62,974 nucleotides of DNA, filler included, from Globobulimina sp. (GCA_003354225.1; 35 parts of 35 records of this genome joined end to end with filler, not necessarily neighbours in it); one strand, 5' to 3'; counted from the whole stretch's first letter, positions 47,111-59,589 are shown. Program-made: numbers and translations. Notes: generated from the sequence alone by a model not told the origin.

Positions 47111-47517
47111 TTATTATTATTATCAATCCGTAGAAAATTTATCAAAATAATTAGTGTTTTCTGCAATAATTGTTTTTCCCCCTTTTTTTCATTTTTGTTG
47201 GGTTTGTCACTTCATTTTTTTTGTGATGCATTTGTTTATTTTTGCAACCAATTTATTTTTTACAAATTTTATATTTTTTATACATTTTGACAACGCTTTT
47301 CGTTTGATCATGTGATGTTCGTTTGTTTGAACTTTTTTTTTTTTGCAAAATATTATATTTTTAATTTCTGTAACAAATAATGATTAATAATCTCATTCTC
47401 ACAATTTTTTTCTCTCTAAGACTCTTAATATATTTGTGTCCAAAGACTAAATCAAAAATTTAACTTTACTTGACAGGTTTTCACAGAATCAAAACAAAGA
47501 AACACTGTACAACAAAT

Positions 47518-48537
47518 TCATTTCATTTTAGATTTTATATAACTAACAATTGGCACATTTAACAACATAAAACCAAGCGTAATTGCAACTGTTCCAAGTA
47601 TTGCCGCAAATTGAACCTTGTAATCATAAATTATAATATCCGAAAAATACCCAACGGGCAATACAAACAAACATCCCATACTTGTAATAACTGGATTCGT
47701 CAAAATAATCGCCATCTCAAACGAAACAAAGAAAAGTATATTCAATATGACAGACAACACCAATGATATTATATCCTCGTTTCCTTCTGGAAGCTGAAAC
47801 GTTTCCTGTTCCACAGAATCAAAAATAAGCATAACCGGCCATAGTATACACAACCCGACCAAGCCAGTCATCCATTGCAACAACAATGTGTTTGCAATCT
47901 GTTGCTTTTGATGAAAATATTTGTTCGCCGTTATTTTAAATAAAACAGCATTGAAACTATAGCATAATACGGACACAATGCACTCAATAATCCCAGACAC
48001 CTCATTCTCAACGTCACCACTTTCATTTGTATCCTCCTCTTTGTAGGCTCCAAATAAAACAGTAAGCACTCCAATGCCACACAGCACCACACCGATATTC
48101 TTCTGCAGTGTGAAATGAGTATGCAACAAAAGAATGGATAATATATAAATTATGGCCACATTGCTTTGATAGATTGTGGTGTTGACAGAAACCATGGTTT
48201 TGTCCAATGATAAGACCCAAAAATAGTTACAACCAATAATCAATGCACAAAATATAAATGCTGGTAATATTAATCGTCGCCATAAAGCGACTTCTTCCTT
48301 GTATAATATTTCTTGTTTTACAAAAGTTGTTTCATTCTTGAATGCAGTCTCTGTGAATTGTTGCCGTTTGTTATATTTCTGGTAAAAATGCATACAAATC
48401 CATGGGATGACCAATGCAAATAAGCCAGCCGTAATGCAATAGGATACAAAGTATGGTTTGTCGTAATCGGATTGTATATTTTTTAAAATGTGTCCCATTG
48501 AAACCCAGCAGGTGATTGCAATGATAATGCATATCAA
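47518..48537 (-). CDS. DMT/EamA (SLC35F-like) transporter (start uncertain)
   Basis: YDKPYFVSY, NYFWVLSL.KT.VSVNT.IYQS, LTNPVITSMG..LP; about 10 TM segments. Confidence 0.85.
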   Translation of the reverse strand: MICIIIAITCWVSMGHILKNIQSDYDKPYFVSYCITAGLFALVIPWICMHFYQKYNKRQQFTETAFKNETTFVKQEILYKEEVALWRRLILPAFIFCALIIGCNYFWVLSLDKTMVSVNTTIYQSNVAIIYILSILLLHTHFTLQKNIGVVLCGIGVLTVLFGAYKEEDTNESGDVENEVSGIIECIVSVLCYSFNAVLFKITANKYFHQKQQIANTLLLQWMTGLVGLCILWPVMLIFDSVEQETFQLPEGNEDIISLVLSVILNILFFVSFEMAIILTNPVITSMGCLFVLPVGYFSDIIIYDYKVQFAAILGTVAITLGFMLLNVPIVSYIKSKMK

Positions 48538-49399
48538 TCAGCTAATTTTATGTTTTAATGGAATTTNNNNNNNNNNNNNNNNNNNNNNNNNNNNNNNNNN
48601 NNNNNNNNNNTTAATTAATTAANNNNNNNNNNNNNNNNNNNNNNNNNNNNNNNNNNNNNNNNNNNNTCAAAATTTTACCGTAAATGGTCAAAAACTCGGT
48701 TTTTTTGAAACTTTACAGAAAAATAGACCCTCCCGATGGATTCGGACCGTCATTCTACCCTAAAAATCCGTCCATTCGTCGAAAAATTTAATCCAAATGG
48801 TATCGTACTTTGTAATGTGAATTTCAACCATAAAATTGTCTTTATGACAGCAGTACATACATATCACTACAATACAATAGTTATGATCACTGTGATTTGA
48901 ATATGAAATATATACGTATTTTGCACGCTGAATCCATTGCTGGTAACCGTTTTCAGAAATTTTAAAAATTTCGCCGCGATTTCTGTGTTTTAATATTGAC
49001 GGAAATTGCTGTTGACGGAAATTTACATAAAATAGGTGAGAGACACTTTAATTTTTAAAATTTCAAAAAATAGTTAGCAGCAATGGATACAGGATGTAAA
49101 ATACGTATAAATGCCATATTTAGTTTATAATGTCAGAATATAAAATTACCCATCGTATTGCAAAGAGTACCAAATGGGATGCCAATAGATTGATGTCTAT
49201 AAGGCATTGTAGGTTTGACATTTGTCCAATACAATTGTTCAATTTACTGGTACATAGTTTTAATAAATTATTGCATTTAGGGTACATTTTTGTGCTTTAA
49301 CACGATGGGACTACTCGTTTTTCTAAATTTTTTCGTTTTGACCATTTTTATGCTTGTTTGGTACAGAGTTTGTTAGATCCAAATATATATAAAAATTGA

Positions 49400-50145
49400 C
49401 CTGTGGTGTCACTAATTATTCCAGTTTTACTTTGGGACCCCGCGAATCGTCGATTCGGTAGCGGTCGGACCAACACCAACATGTGGTTTGGGTTTGCACA
49501 TGTCCCAAGAACTCCCAGAACAAATTTCAGCTCAATCCGACCATTATTAATGGTTTTATGATGATCTAATTAGTGACATTGGGACCCCGCGAGTCATAGA
49601 TTCGGGAATCGTATGACCAAAAGCTACAAGTGCGTTGGGTTCATATATGTCCCAAGTACCCCCAAAACAAATTTCAGCTCAATTCGACCATTATTTAAGG
49701 GTTTTATGATGATCTAATTAGTGACATTATGCTAATTAGGTCACTTCCGGTCGGTTTTGAAAAAAACTAACAACAGATTCGGAAAATTGCACCCCTAAAA
49801 ACCAGGGGTAGGAAAAGTTTCAGAGCGATTCATCCTTGGAGTTTTCTGTTTCAAGGCCAAACGTTTCCACCAAGAAAGAAAGAAAGAAAGAATCACCACT
49901 AAACTTCTTTGCGATCCCATATCCCGGGAACGAATCGACCGATCGGACTAATTTTTTCTGTGGATAATTAGGGGTCAGATATTAGTGTGTGTGCCAAATG
50001 TCAACTGGATCGGATAGCTCGTTCCCGAGTTACGGGATATGCGATCCCTAATTATTGCGCCACACGGTTCTGAGTCATATAAATGGCTCTGCTCTCCAGC
50101 GTCTCGGCCCACATATGTGGGCTCGCGCTTCCGCGCTCGCCACGA
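49400..50145. mobile_element. Helentron-associated (HINE/DINE-1-like) non-autonomous repeat; boundaries uncertain
   Basis: Two ~147-bp tandem core repeats (49432, 49579) containing CAAATTTCAGCTCAAT, an (AAGA)5 microsatellite 49872-49892, palindrome GCCCACATATGTGGGC and a CTCGCGCTTCCGCGCTCGC motif; no ORFs in the contig. Confidence 0.5.
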
Positions 50146-50467
50146 TTTACCCAAAACGGAGCATTGAAAACGTCAAAATTGCTAAAATAACAGAATAAAT
50201 TCGCTTTATATCTTGAACAATAAATTTAGTAAAGTGTTTAATTTTGGCGCGGAATGCATACATGATGATGTAGTCATGATCATCATTTACTACAGTACGG
50301 CTTAAAATGACGCGCTTGCATACCGACGCATTCCGACCTTTTCTGATACAACATTTAAACGGGACATNNNNNNNNNNNNNNNNNNNNNNNNNNNNNNNNN
50401 NNNNNNNNNNNTTAATTAATTAANNNNNNNNNNNNNNNNNNNNNNNNNNNNNNNNNNNNNNNNNNNN

Positions 50468-51442
50468 ACAATAACAACATGAGATCCTATTTGGTGTTAG
50501 ACTCGTTCGGATGGTGTTTGGTAAAGAGTTTCGATTTTCTGATCGCTCCTTCCTATCAATCACAATATGTCCGGCATTGAGCAATGTGGATGGTGCTCCG
50601 GGTGATATTGACTTGACTTCTTCATGAATATTAATATTATTACTTATAAGCTCGTCAATGTTATCAATACCTTCTTCATATTTGGCGCCGGTGGGAGGTA
50701 CATAAGGCGATGGTGGCTGTAATTGTGAGTTAGGCATTGATGTGGATGGCAAGGACGGTGATCCCAATTCTTGCGATGTTTTATCTTCAGAGATTGTGTC
50801 TTTTTTATAATTTGATTTATAATAATTTTTATAGGCATAATATTTGTGCATTTTGATTAAAATCACAAAGAAAGGCAACAACAATAAATATGGTACAATC
50901 ACAGCCAGAACGTCGATGTAAATCCAATAAAAGGTTCTGGAGCGACATTGGAATATTTTACACAATGAATCGTTTGAAGGAATGAATTGATCGGTTTGTT
51001 TTTTTGTGTATAAAACTAAGATAATGACATTTATCATACATATCGGTATAAATAATATCAAATTTGGTAAATATAAAAATGGCGTGTTATGCAAAATAGA
51101 CACTAATAAAATGCCAAATGCACAGTAAGAGATTGCTACACATGTAACACCAACATAATACATTGAATGGTTCAAATACCATTTTCGATGATAATTTGCA
51201 AGATAATTCAATGTAAAACACCATGAAAAAAATAATAAAATCAATAATATACATAATTGAAGCCAAAATACATAATATTTTTTGTAAATGTATCGTTTTC
51301 GTTGTTTTCTATGTTTTAAATCTTTCGTTTTATGCGTTAAAAATAGTATTGATGACGCAAGATATTTGTGATAATGACATCGACAGTCACGATCATTAGA
51401 AAATACGTCATGCCCATCTTTTAAAACTGGAAAAGATTTCAT
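50468..51442 (-). CDS. Hypothetical 4-TM membrane protein (3' partial)
   Basis: Long ORF with four hydrophobic helices and a Pro/Ser-rich tail. Confidence 0.55.
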
Positions 51443-51481
51443 TTACCTTTCTTACTTCATTAACATTACTTCAACAACAAA

Positions 51482-52168
51482 ATGAGCACAAGAACACTTT
51501 CCACTATTTTAACATTCCAATTTGTAGCAAGCACATTTAATGTCGCAGTCGAGCCGCGAATTAAATCACAAAGCAGATATCGACCATCCATCGACAAATC
51601 CGTAACAGAAACATTAATCGCAATGATAAATTCTCTATTCCACACTACAAACATTTCATTACAAAATCAATTCAAAAGATATAAATTGATTCACAAAGCA
51701 ATGTTATTAACTTTCTTTTTCATCATATTTATATTTATTATTATTTTTATTGTTTTTGAAAATAATCGCACGTCAAATGACGCAAGATACAAAGAAATTA
51801 AATTTAACAACGATTTATATATTTCAATTACATATATTGCGTTAGCGATCTGTTTATGTTTATCATTATTTTTAATGTGGACATACAACCGACTTTATCG
51901 CAGTTTAAGGGAGCAATGGAGGAACGAATGTGTCCGCAACTTATGCCAAAGTGCGGCTGTCTGGTCCATGCAATATCCCATTCTTCAGTACGAAGTAAAA
52001 TATCCCGGATTTATGTACAAAGATTTACTAAAACAATCAATCAAAAAAGCAAAAAAAGCATTTAAACATACAAAAAAACAAAAGAAATCCAAAAAAAAAA
52101 TATTAAGATCGCCACGGAGAATAAGCAGTCCTCGAAATGGCTTCTCTGACTTTCTGTCCCCTGCAAAA
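51482..52168 (+). CDS. Hypothetical 2-TM membrane protein (3' partial)
   Basis: ORF with two TM segments and a Lys-rich tail. Confidence 0.5.
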
Positions 52169-52268
52169 NNNNNNNNNNNNNNNNNNNNNNNNNNNNNNNN
52201 NNNNNNNNNNNNTTAATTAATTAANNNNNNNNNNNNNNNNNNNNNNNNNNNNNNNNNNNNNNNNNNNN

Positions 52269-52930
52269 GCATAACAGTGTATAAATAGAAGTATACCAAA
52301 GGCAGATAAGCCGAATCCCGCAGAAAAATCGCCAGCGACTTTTTGGAACCACATAGAAAAGGCAAAGATGGAGCAGATAAATATGGAACCGGCCATGAAC
52401 ACTGTACGGATGAAGAAATTGCCAAATAAACCAACCCCATTTTGAGCGTCACTGTCGGCGTTGTCGTCAACTTTTGGTTGCGTTACTCCATAATCACCGA
52501 CATCTTCGTCGCTGTCGTCGCTTTGCTTTGCAGCGTTCATTTGTGCCACGACGTCTTCTGGTTCGTCGTCGTATTGTTGCCGGTCGTGGTTTGCGTTGTA
52601 TGTCGGTGGTGGCTGTGGATGGTCTTCACTGTACGGTGGCGGTGGTTTTTGTACGTGTTGGGGCACAATTTCATAATCTTCATTGTCTGGTTGTTCATTG
52701 TTGCCGAATGGGAGGTTGACATCGTCATCGACATCGTCATCGCCGTCGTCTTCTAACTCTTGTTGTTGGTTTTCAGGGTATTCATAATTCTCATCTTGTG
52801 GTTGCATGTCGGGCTCATCGTTGTCGTATGTACCACCTGCGTAGGATGGTGGTGCATCGCCATATATTGGGTTGGGTTGAAAATCACCGGATGCGGTTTC
52901 TACGGTCGTTTTAAGATGTTGGTCTGACAT
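52269..52930 (-). CDS. Hypothetical membrane protein with acidic, PPxY-containing N-terminus (3' partial)
   Basis: PPSY, PPPY and PPTY motifs followed by TM helices. Confidence 0.6.
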
Positions 52931-52982
52931 GATGTGTTTATTGTTTTTTTGAGATAATATTTTCTAGTACTTTAATATTATA

Positions 52983-53969
52983 ATGTCATCTACTAATAAG
53001 TACGTTTTAATTAAAACTTCCCCATATGTCGAATCGTATAGGAAGCAATTGGATGAACTAACTGCTCTTAATACACCCGACATATTGTTCAATGATATTG
53101 ATTCTATGCTATTAACATATCAGTCGCTGAAAAGGTATAATATTCGCTTGCATATACAGTATTTATATAAAATCTATAATTAAGACAATATTCTTTGGAA
53201 TGGAGCAACTGGCAAATGTATGAGAGTAAAATTAAAACGTTTTTAGGATCCAAAAATCCACAAAATAGGACCATTGCAGTCAGCATTAAAGAAACACAAA
53301 TATTTATCAAGAAAATGAGACAAATCGGGGAATCGCTCAAAGAATGGCTCAAAGACTTTGTAACAACAAATCTCAACAACGATGATTATAATTCGCAACA
53401 CACCAAAACACCTGAAACAAATATAAATATCCGACCATCCACATCCTCAAAATCGTCAAAAAATAAACACAAACGTAAAAAATCAAAACGAAATGTGAGT
53501 GTGCAAAGTGAGCCACCTATGCCCGATGGGACACCTATGATCCGTCGAAATGTCCGGTCATTCGGTGCTATATTTTCAAAGCAGTTTCAAATCGAAACTG
53601 TAAAAAATTATAAACAATCCATGTTTTTGTCAAACCCCACCAAATTATCAAATTATGTGGGAGATTTTAAAAGTGCTGAAATTGATGCAGATGATATTAA
53701 ATCTCCAATGACTCCGATGAGCCCCACCTCGAAGCAAATTAAAGTGGTGCAATATTTCCATGATAACTATTATGGACAGAATGGTATGTTATTATTTCAA
53801 AATATATACGCTACAAATTGCTGAATGAATATAATCGACAGAGGTATTTGAATCAGCATTTGGTGTTCGCCCGGTGATATATTGTGATTGGACCGCGGCT
53901 GGGAAGCCGTTAGAACGCGTGGAAATCTATTTGAGGGAAGAGACGTACACATTATATGCCGATACGCAT
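52983..53969 (+). CDS. Class V aminotransferase / cysteine-desulfurase-like protein with long N-terminal extension (3' partial)
   Basis: Introns 53135-53184 and 53784-53841 give YFHDNYYGQNEVFESAFGVRPVIYCDWTAAGKPLERVEIYLREETYTLYADTH. Confidence 0.7.
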
Positions 53970-54289
53970 NNNNNNNNNNNNNNNNNNNNNNNNNNNNNNN
54001 NNNNNNNNNNNNNTTAATTAATTAANNNNNNNNNNNNNNNNNNNNNNNNNNNNNNNNNNNNNNNNNNNNATTAAATTGCGTGTTTATCCGATGATTTGTT
54101 ATCCGAGGATTGTGTAGAGATTGTTTGCCTCGGTTGTGATTTACAGGGACGCCATTATGAGCACCATCTCTCCCTTGGTTTAGGTTGCTGCAACGTGGCA
54201 ATCACTGGACATAGACTAAATATTGATAATTAAAAAACAACTGCATTCGATGAAAAGATTTAAAAATTTGTACTTGAAAGCAAGAACAT

Positions 54290-55630
54290 TTACTGAGTGT
54301 TGTGTTGGATGATTCTAAATACTTCGTCCAATATAAATTCCCACAGATATGGTGAATGACAATAATGTGTACATTCTAAGCGATGCAGAAACCACAAAGG
54401 ATCAGTTATTTCCTTGAACGGTATAAAATACAATGAATTCCAAGATTTGCCATAAATTTGTTCATTTGGATAAACAAAGGACAGATTCAAATATTTATTT
54501 TGTTGCATTGTTTTTTGCAATCGGTTTCTCCAAAAATTTATTTCAAATGATTTATTATAAAATGATTGCGCTACACATTGAAAAGAATTGTGCATAAAAC
54601 GAAAATCCAATTTAATATCTTCCCATTTTGCATTATATTTCCATATCATATCATGTTCTTTTCCTGTCACAGTATCATAAATATCTTGATAATATCCACC
54701 AATCCGTTTAAAATGTTGACTCGTCGTTTCTCTCCAGATAAATATTTTGGATTTATTAAATTTTTTAAAATTAAGTGCAATGCAGTATGGAATCAATTCA
54801 TTCAATAAAAAACTGCCAATTTCATCATTCCAAACAAGACTTTCTTTTTCAATGTAATTTAAGCCATAATTTATGATATAAAAATCACCAAAATTACAAA
54901 ATTGATCATTATCTACAAATAACTCTTTGTTTATTCGGTAAGTTTTAAGATAAAGCATTGAAATCTGGTGGAATGAGGTGGTATTTATAAAAGTATGAAA
55001 CTCCAAATTGTGTAGCACATAATGATTAGCATAGGCATTTTTGTTATGATATTTGGCATATAATTTATTGTAAAATGCTTTAGTTTCCGTATTTGCTGCG
55101 ATTTCGATGATTTCATTGTTTGAATTTCGCCATAAATCACAAAGTAAGCCCTCAACAAATTGGTGCTGTACGCTATCACCTAATATTGCAATTGTACTGT
55201 GATTTGGTAATAAATTAAATATGTCAACCATGTTAAATGCATTTCGATCGTTTGGATATTTTAATTTTTGAAAGTAATTTGTGCCATTCACGCATTTTCT
55301 ATTCCATATTCTTGATCGTCCAATGCAACAAATATCATCGTATTCATATTCACTCGAATTAAATAATTTTATTGCTGATTTCTGCCGACATTGAGGTTCA
55401 ACCATTGTGCTTAATTCATAGTCATTGAAATACTGATCAGCAGTATTCAAAGTAAAATATGTCCATTCTGGGAACAAATAATTTCTATCATGGACATATT
55501 TGTAGTTTTTAGTAATAGCAAACAGTATATTGCTACCATCAAATCTTATTATTTTGGTTAGATAGCAAACAAATATCACAGTGAACACACAATAAGTGAT
55601 CAATCCGGAACACCAGTTTGAGGAATCCAT
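54290..55630 (-). CDS. PC-esterase (PMR5/TBL/Cas1p SGNH-like) O-acyltransferase/esterase
   Basis: N-terminal TM; IAILGDSVQHQF, NYGL, FIWRETTSQHF, ECTHYC. Confidence 0.75.
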   Translation of the reverse strand: MDSSNWCSGLITYCVFTVIFVCYLTKIIRFDGSNILFAITKNYKYVHDRNYLFPEWTYFTLNTADQYFNDYELSTMVEPQCRQKSAIKLFNSSEYEYDDICCIGRSRIWNRKCVNGTNYFQKLKYPNDRNAFNMVDIFNLLPNHSTIAILGDSVQHQFVEGLLCDLWRNSNNEIIEIAANTETKAFYNKLYAKYHNKNAYANHYVLHNLEFHTFINTTSFHQISMLYLKTYRINKELFVDNDQFCNFGDFYIINYGLNYIEKESLVWNDEIGSFLLNELIPYCIALNFKKFNKSKIFIWRETTSQHFKRIGGYYQDIYDTVTGKEHDMIWKYNAKWEDIKLDFRFMHNSFQCVAQSFYNKSFEINFWRNRLQKTMQQNKYLNLSFVYPNEQIYGKSWNSLYFIPFKEITDPLWFLHRLECTHYCHSPYLWEFILDEVFRIIQHNTQ

Positions 55631-55870
55631 TATATATTCAAATAAAAAATTCTTAAAAATTCAAAAAAAACAACTTACTTCAACTCAACGCGAGTTCAAT
55701 TAGACTATGGCCAACTAAGTTTTTTTCGAGACCGTTACATTTCATGTCTCCAATGTCTACACTTGTCTTTNNNNNNNNNNNNNNNNNNNNNNNNNNNNNN
55801 NNNNNNNNNNNNNNTTAATTAATTAANNNNNNNNNNNNNNNNNNNNNNNNNNNNNNNNNNNNNNNNNNNN

Positions 55871-56595
55871 ATATACAAATCGTAAATACGATCATCAATT
55901 TTACATTAATTAATAGGCATTTTTGTGTTATCGTAAAAATCTATTTACTAAGGGGAAAATTGATTTTTTCAGTGTAAAAACAGATTTTTACGATAAAGCA
56001 AAAATGCCTATTAGAAAAAATGATATCAGATCATTCTGTACAGCACAAAACTGCCCAAAACAACTACAAATCAATAAAATACCTAAAAAAGAGAGAAAAG
56101 GCTGCTTTGGGTTCCAAAGGATGCGGTATCTGTACCTCACAAAACAGAAACGGAACCCAACTATTATTATGTGGTGATTTTTACATTTCAAATAAACTAA
56201 ACAAGAAAATAAAAATTAGACAACACTTTACATGCAATTCGAAATGGATTATTTACATTATGTTCTGTATAAAATGTGGCATTGAATCCATTGGTTCCAC
56301 ACAAAACGATGCAAAAACCAGAATAAGCCAACACAAAAACGCTATTATTAACAATAAGGATTCATTTAACTATCCGATGGTGAGGCACTTCAACAGAATA
56401 AACAGTGTATGTTACAATGAAAACAAACTAAAAAACTGTAGATTTATGATATTGGATGGATTGAAAAATAAAAACACAATTTCATTTCAAGCGGCTGATC
56501 AAAGATTGAATAAATTAGAAATTGAATATCAAGGAAATTTTATGACACATTTCCAATCTGGTAATGACAAAAAAGATTTTAATAATCGTGGATAA
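55871..56595 (+). mobile_element. Decayed Penelope-like retroelement 3' end (GIY-YIG endonuclease)
   Basis: GCFG/SKGCGIC (frameshift ~56113), FTCNSKWIIYIMFCIKCG..SIGST..RISQH..MVRHF..LE..GND; stops upstream. Confidence 0.8.
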
Positions 56596-57809
56596 ATTCA
56601 ATAAAAATTCAATAAAAACAACAAAGAAATTAGAATTGACAGATCGAGAGGGAAATATATCTATAATCTATGGAATATTAATTGGAATCTAAACAAAGAA
56701 ACAAAAATTTACGAATTTAATAGAGATAAATTATATGTGATACATTATAATGAAACAAATAAAATAAAATACACAAAAAGATACAACAAAACACAAGAAA
56801 CAAAAAATAAAAACAAAACAAAAAGAAATCAGAGTATTATTAATCTATTTACAAAAAACAAGGAAAACGATGATGTTTGATTTGATTTTGAGACATATTC
56901 ATTAGTTCGTTATTTTTGTACAAATATTATAATTGCTATTTTATTATGGAGCAGTTATTAATTATTCCGTGTATATCATCGATTAAGTGTTTGTTTATCA
57001 ATTTATTTGTATGTTTATCACTGTTAAAATACTAAATGTCACTCAAATTATTCTGATTGACTGCTTATGGTTTGGTCTCATGTATTATTTATAATTAGTT
57101 ATTGTTTTATTACTATCCGCCACATGGAATTAATTCGTGTCGCAAACTAAGTGTATATGTTATTGTTGTGTATGAGTTGAGTTTTATGATTGATTGATTT
57201 TATAAATCTATGTACAAATTCTATATGAAATCTTTGTTTTGTTATAACATTTTCAAATATTAACGGAGATTTCTTCTCTTTTAATGTATAGATACTGTCT
57301 CTCTTTTTATTTGTGAATATTTTTGTCAAAACTTTGTTTTATAAAATTGTCCGAATTCTATTTTTTGTTTATAGGGAGTTTTATTTTTGTCTTTTATGTC
57401 GAAAGATCCCTGATTTTTATTTTTTATCTTTGTCCTGGGTTCGGACTTTTTTATATTATGCATTTCTTTAACTTTAATTGTGTGTTTGTCTATTTTTTAG
57501 TGTGGAACTTCATGTTTTTCTAATTTAATTTACAAAACTCAAACGTGTTCGTAAAGGTCATAGTTTCGACCNNNNNNNNNNNNNNNNNNNNNNNNNNNNN
57601 NNNNNNNNNNNNNNNTTAATTAATTAANNNNNNNNNNNNNNNNNNNNNNNNNNNNNNNNNNNNNNNNNNNNCCATATTTATTTCTTAAATAATGGAGAAT
57701 TTAAAGAAGGATAACAAATCCAAAAATTCTTCGAGCAAATGATAGCTATGGTTTCTCAGTCATGCTTCAAAAGAGATATATATATTATTGGATGCATAGT
57801 TATCATTTG

Positions 57810-59198
57810 CTAGAATGTTTGGGCAGTCTTATTATCTGCTATAAAATTGTATATATTATTTGATTGTAAGTACCTTACTTCATTAGCTTTCTTCAAACAT
57901 TCTTTACACAATAATACTTTATATGGATTATCGCCATATCTTTGTTTAAATAATGCGTAATAAGTTTCTTTTGGAATTAAATAATGCCACTTTAACTCTG
58001 TTATTACTATTTCTGATTGTTTTCCATTGGCATAACAATTTCGACAAATATCATATTCGCATTCTGTACATTCATAAAATTCATCTTTTTCATCATTTTT
58101 TTTGTCACATCCATCACATTCAACTTCTTCATAATCACTCATATTAACTTTACTCAATTCATGTCTACATTCATCATCTTCTGCTCTTCCACAAACAAAA
58201 CATTTATATTCAGTCATTGTCAAAACATAAATAAAATCATTTTCATTTCCATGGTACATATCAATCGGAGATATTTTGGACAACATTTTGATATTATTCG
58301 AATCCATCTTTACGGCCCATTTGTTTCTCAAAAACGTTTTGCCAGTTTTTGTGTGCAGCAACGTAATAAATTCTCCATTTTCATCGAATAGATTTATCAT
58401 TCCATTTTCCTGTTTGCTTTTCAAATAGTTATTGTGTTTGTTTTTGCTTTTGTCATCTTTTTTAATTTTATATTTAATTTTGGAGCTTGACCCGTTCATA
58501 TTTTTATCAATTCTGCCAAAACACACTTCCATTATCTGCTGATTGCCATGATGTGTTTGCATGATTTTGTTAAATGATCTGACCGCAACCAATGCATCAT
58601 CCGCAGCATAGTTTATTTGTAGCTCACTCAAATGATGATTTTCCCAGTTTTGATGATTTATTTTGTGCTTATATTTCATTGGTCGATTTAATATTTGCTG
58701 CGACATTCTTTTCAGTCCTAAATAGTCATCACACGGATTAATATCGTTTATATCTACAACTCCAAACATTTCAATGTTATAATCTTGTTTCATTTTTTTA
58801 ACATCGCCATATATTCCAACCCCACATTTCAAAACACTTACATCGCCAAGAAATGATATCAATTCAATTGGTATACTATCACAAAATAAATGGATACGAA
58901 TGAGCAAAATAATATTTTCTTCAGCTATTTGAATCAATGATATTGGATTTCTTCCTTCCCCCTTTTTCGCGTTTGATTTCCATTCACAATCAAACCCAAC
59001 AACTATTGGATTGTAACCACGTAATTTCTCAATCGCTGAAATACAGGATTTGTGGTCTCGTACAATACAGACTGGGATTTCTTCAAATTGCAATTGTTGT
59101 TTGGTTCTTCTTTGTTTCCTCCAATAAACAACAAAAATACACATGGATAACAGAAATAGAATCACTTTGATGTCTGTCAGCAAATATAATAACTGCAT
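57810..59198 (-). CDS. EXD2: EXD2-like 3'-5' exonuclease with N-terminal TM anchor and a zinc-finger insert
   Basis: VVGFDCEW..ISLIQIA..LKCGVGIYGD..NWE..LSELQINYAADDA; CFVCG..LIPK..LLCKEC; likely intron donor GTAAGG near 57878, so the true 3' end may differ. Confidence 0.7.
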   Translation of the reverse strand: MQLLYLLTDIKVILFLLSMCIFVVYWRKQRRTKQQLQFEEIPVCIVRDHKSCISAIEKLRGYNPIVVGFDCEWKSNAKKGEGRNPISLIQIAEENIILLIRIHLFCDSIPIELISFLGDVSVLKCGVGIYGDVKKMKQDYNIEMFGVVDINDINPCDDYLGLKRMSQQILNRPMKYKHKINHQNWENHHLSELQINYAADDALVAVRSFNKIMQTHHGNQQIMEVCFGRIDKNMNGSSSKIKYKIKKDDKSKNKHNNYLKSKQENGMINLFDENGEFITLLHTKTGKTFLRNKWAVKMDSNNIKMLSKISPIDMYHGNENDFIYVLTMTEYKCFVCGRAEDDECRHELSKVNMSDYEEVECDGCDKKNDEKDEFYECTECEYDICRNCYANGKQSEIVITELKWHYLIPKETYYALFKQRYGDNPYKVLLCKECLKKANEVRYLQSNNIYNFIADNKTAQTF

Positions 59199-59589
59199 CG
59201 CAAAAGAAAATGTTTCAAAAATTCTGATCTACAACCTACAAATTTAAAGTTAGCTCAAACCATGCAACAGTTAATTCGGTTCAGACGGTTAGCGGATTCG
59301 TTATTACCCGATGAATTCAATTCGTTTTTAGTACAAATATTCAATAACTTAGATAAGAAAAGTATTATTTTANNNNNNNNNNNNNNNNNNNNNNNNNNNN
59401 NNNNNNNNNNNNNNNNTTAATTAATTAANNNNNNNNNNNNNNNNNNNNNNNNNNNNNNNNNNNNNNNNNNNNTAATAACACAAAAAAACTGTAAAACTCA
59501 AGGGGGCACACAAAAAAAAACAAAAAAAAACATAAATGTGATGATGGGATTTGAACCCAAATCTTCTTTATAAGATGCTCTCTTTGAGC

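Noticed and set aside
57550-57571. Hammerhead ribozyme (minus-strand GGTCGAAAC) of the Penelope element
   Set aside because: The contig ends before any CTGANGA core could be seen
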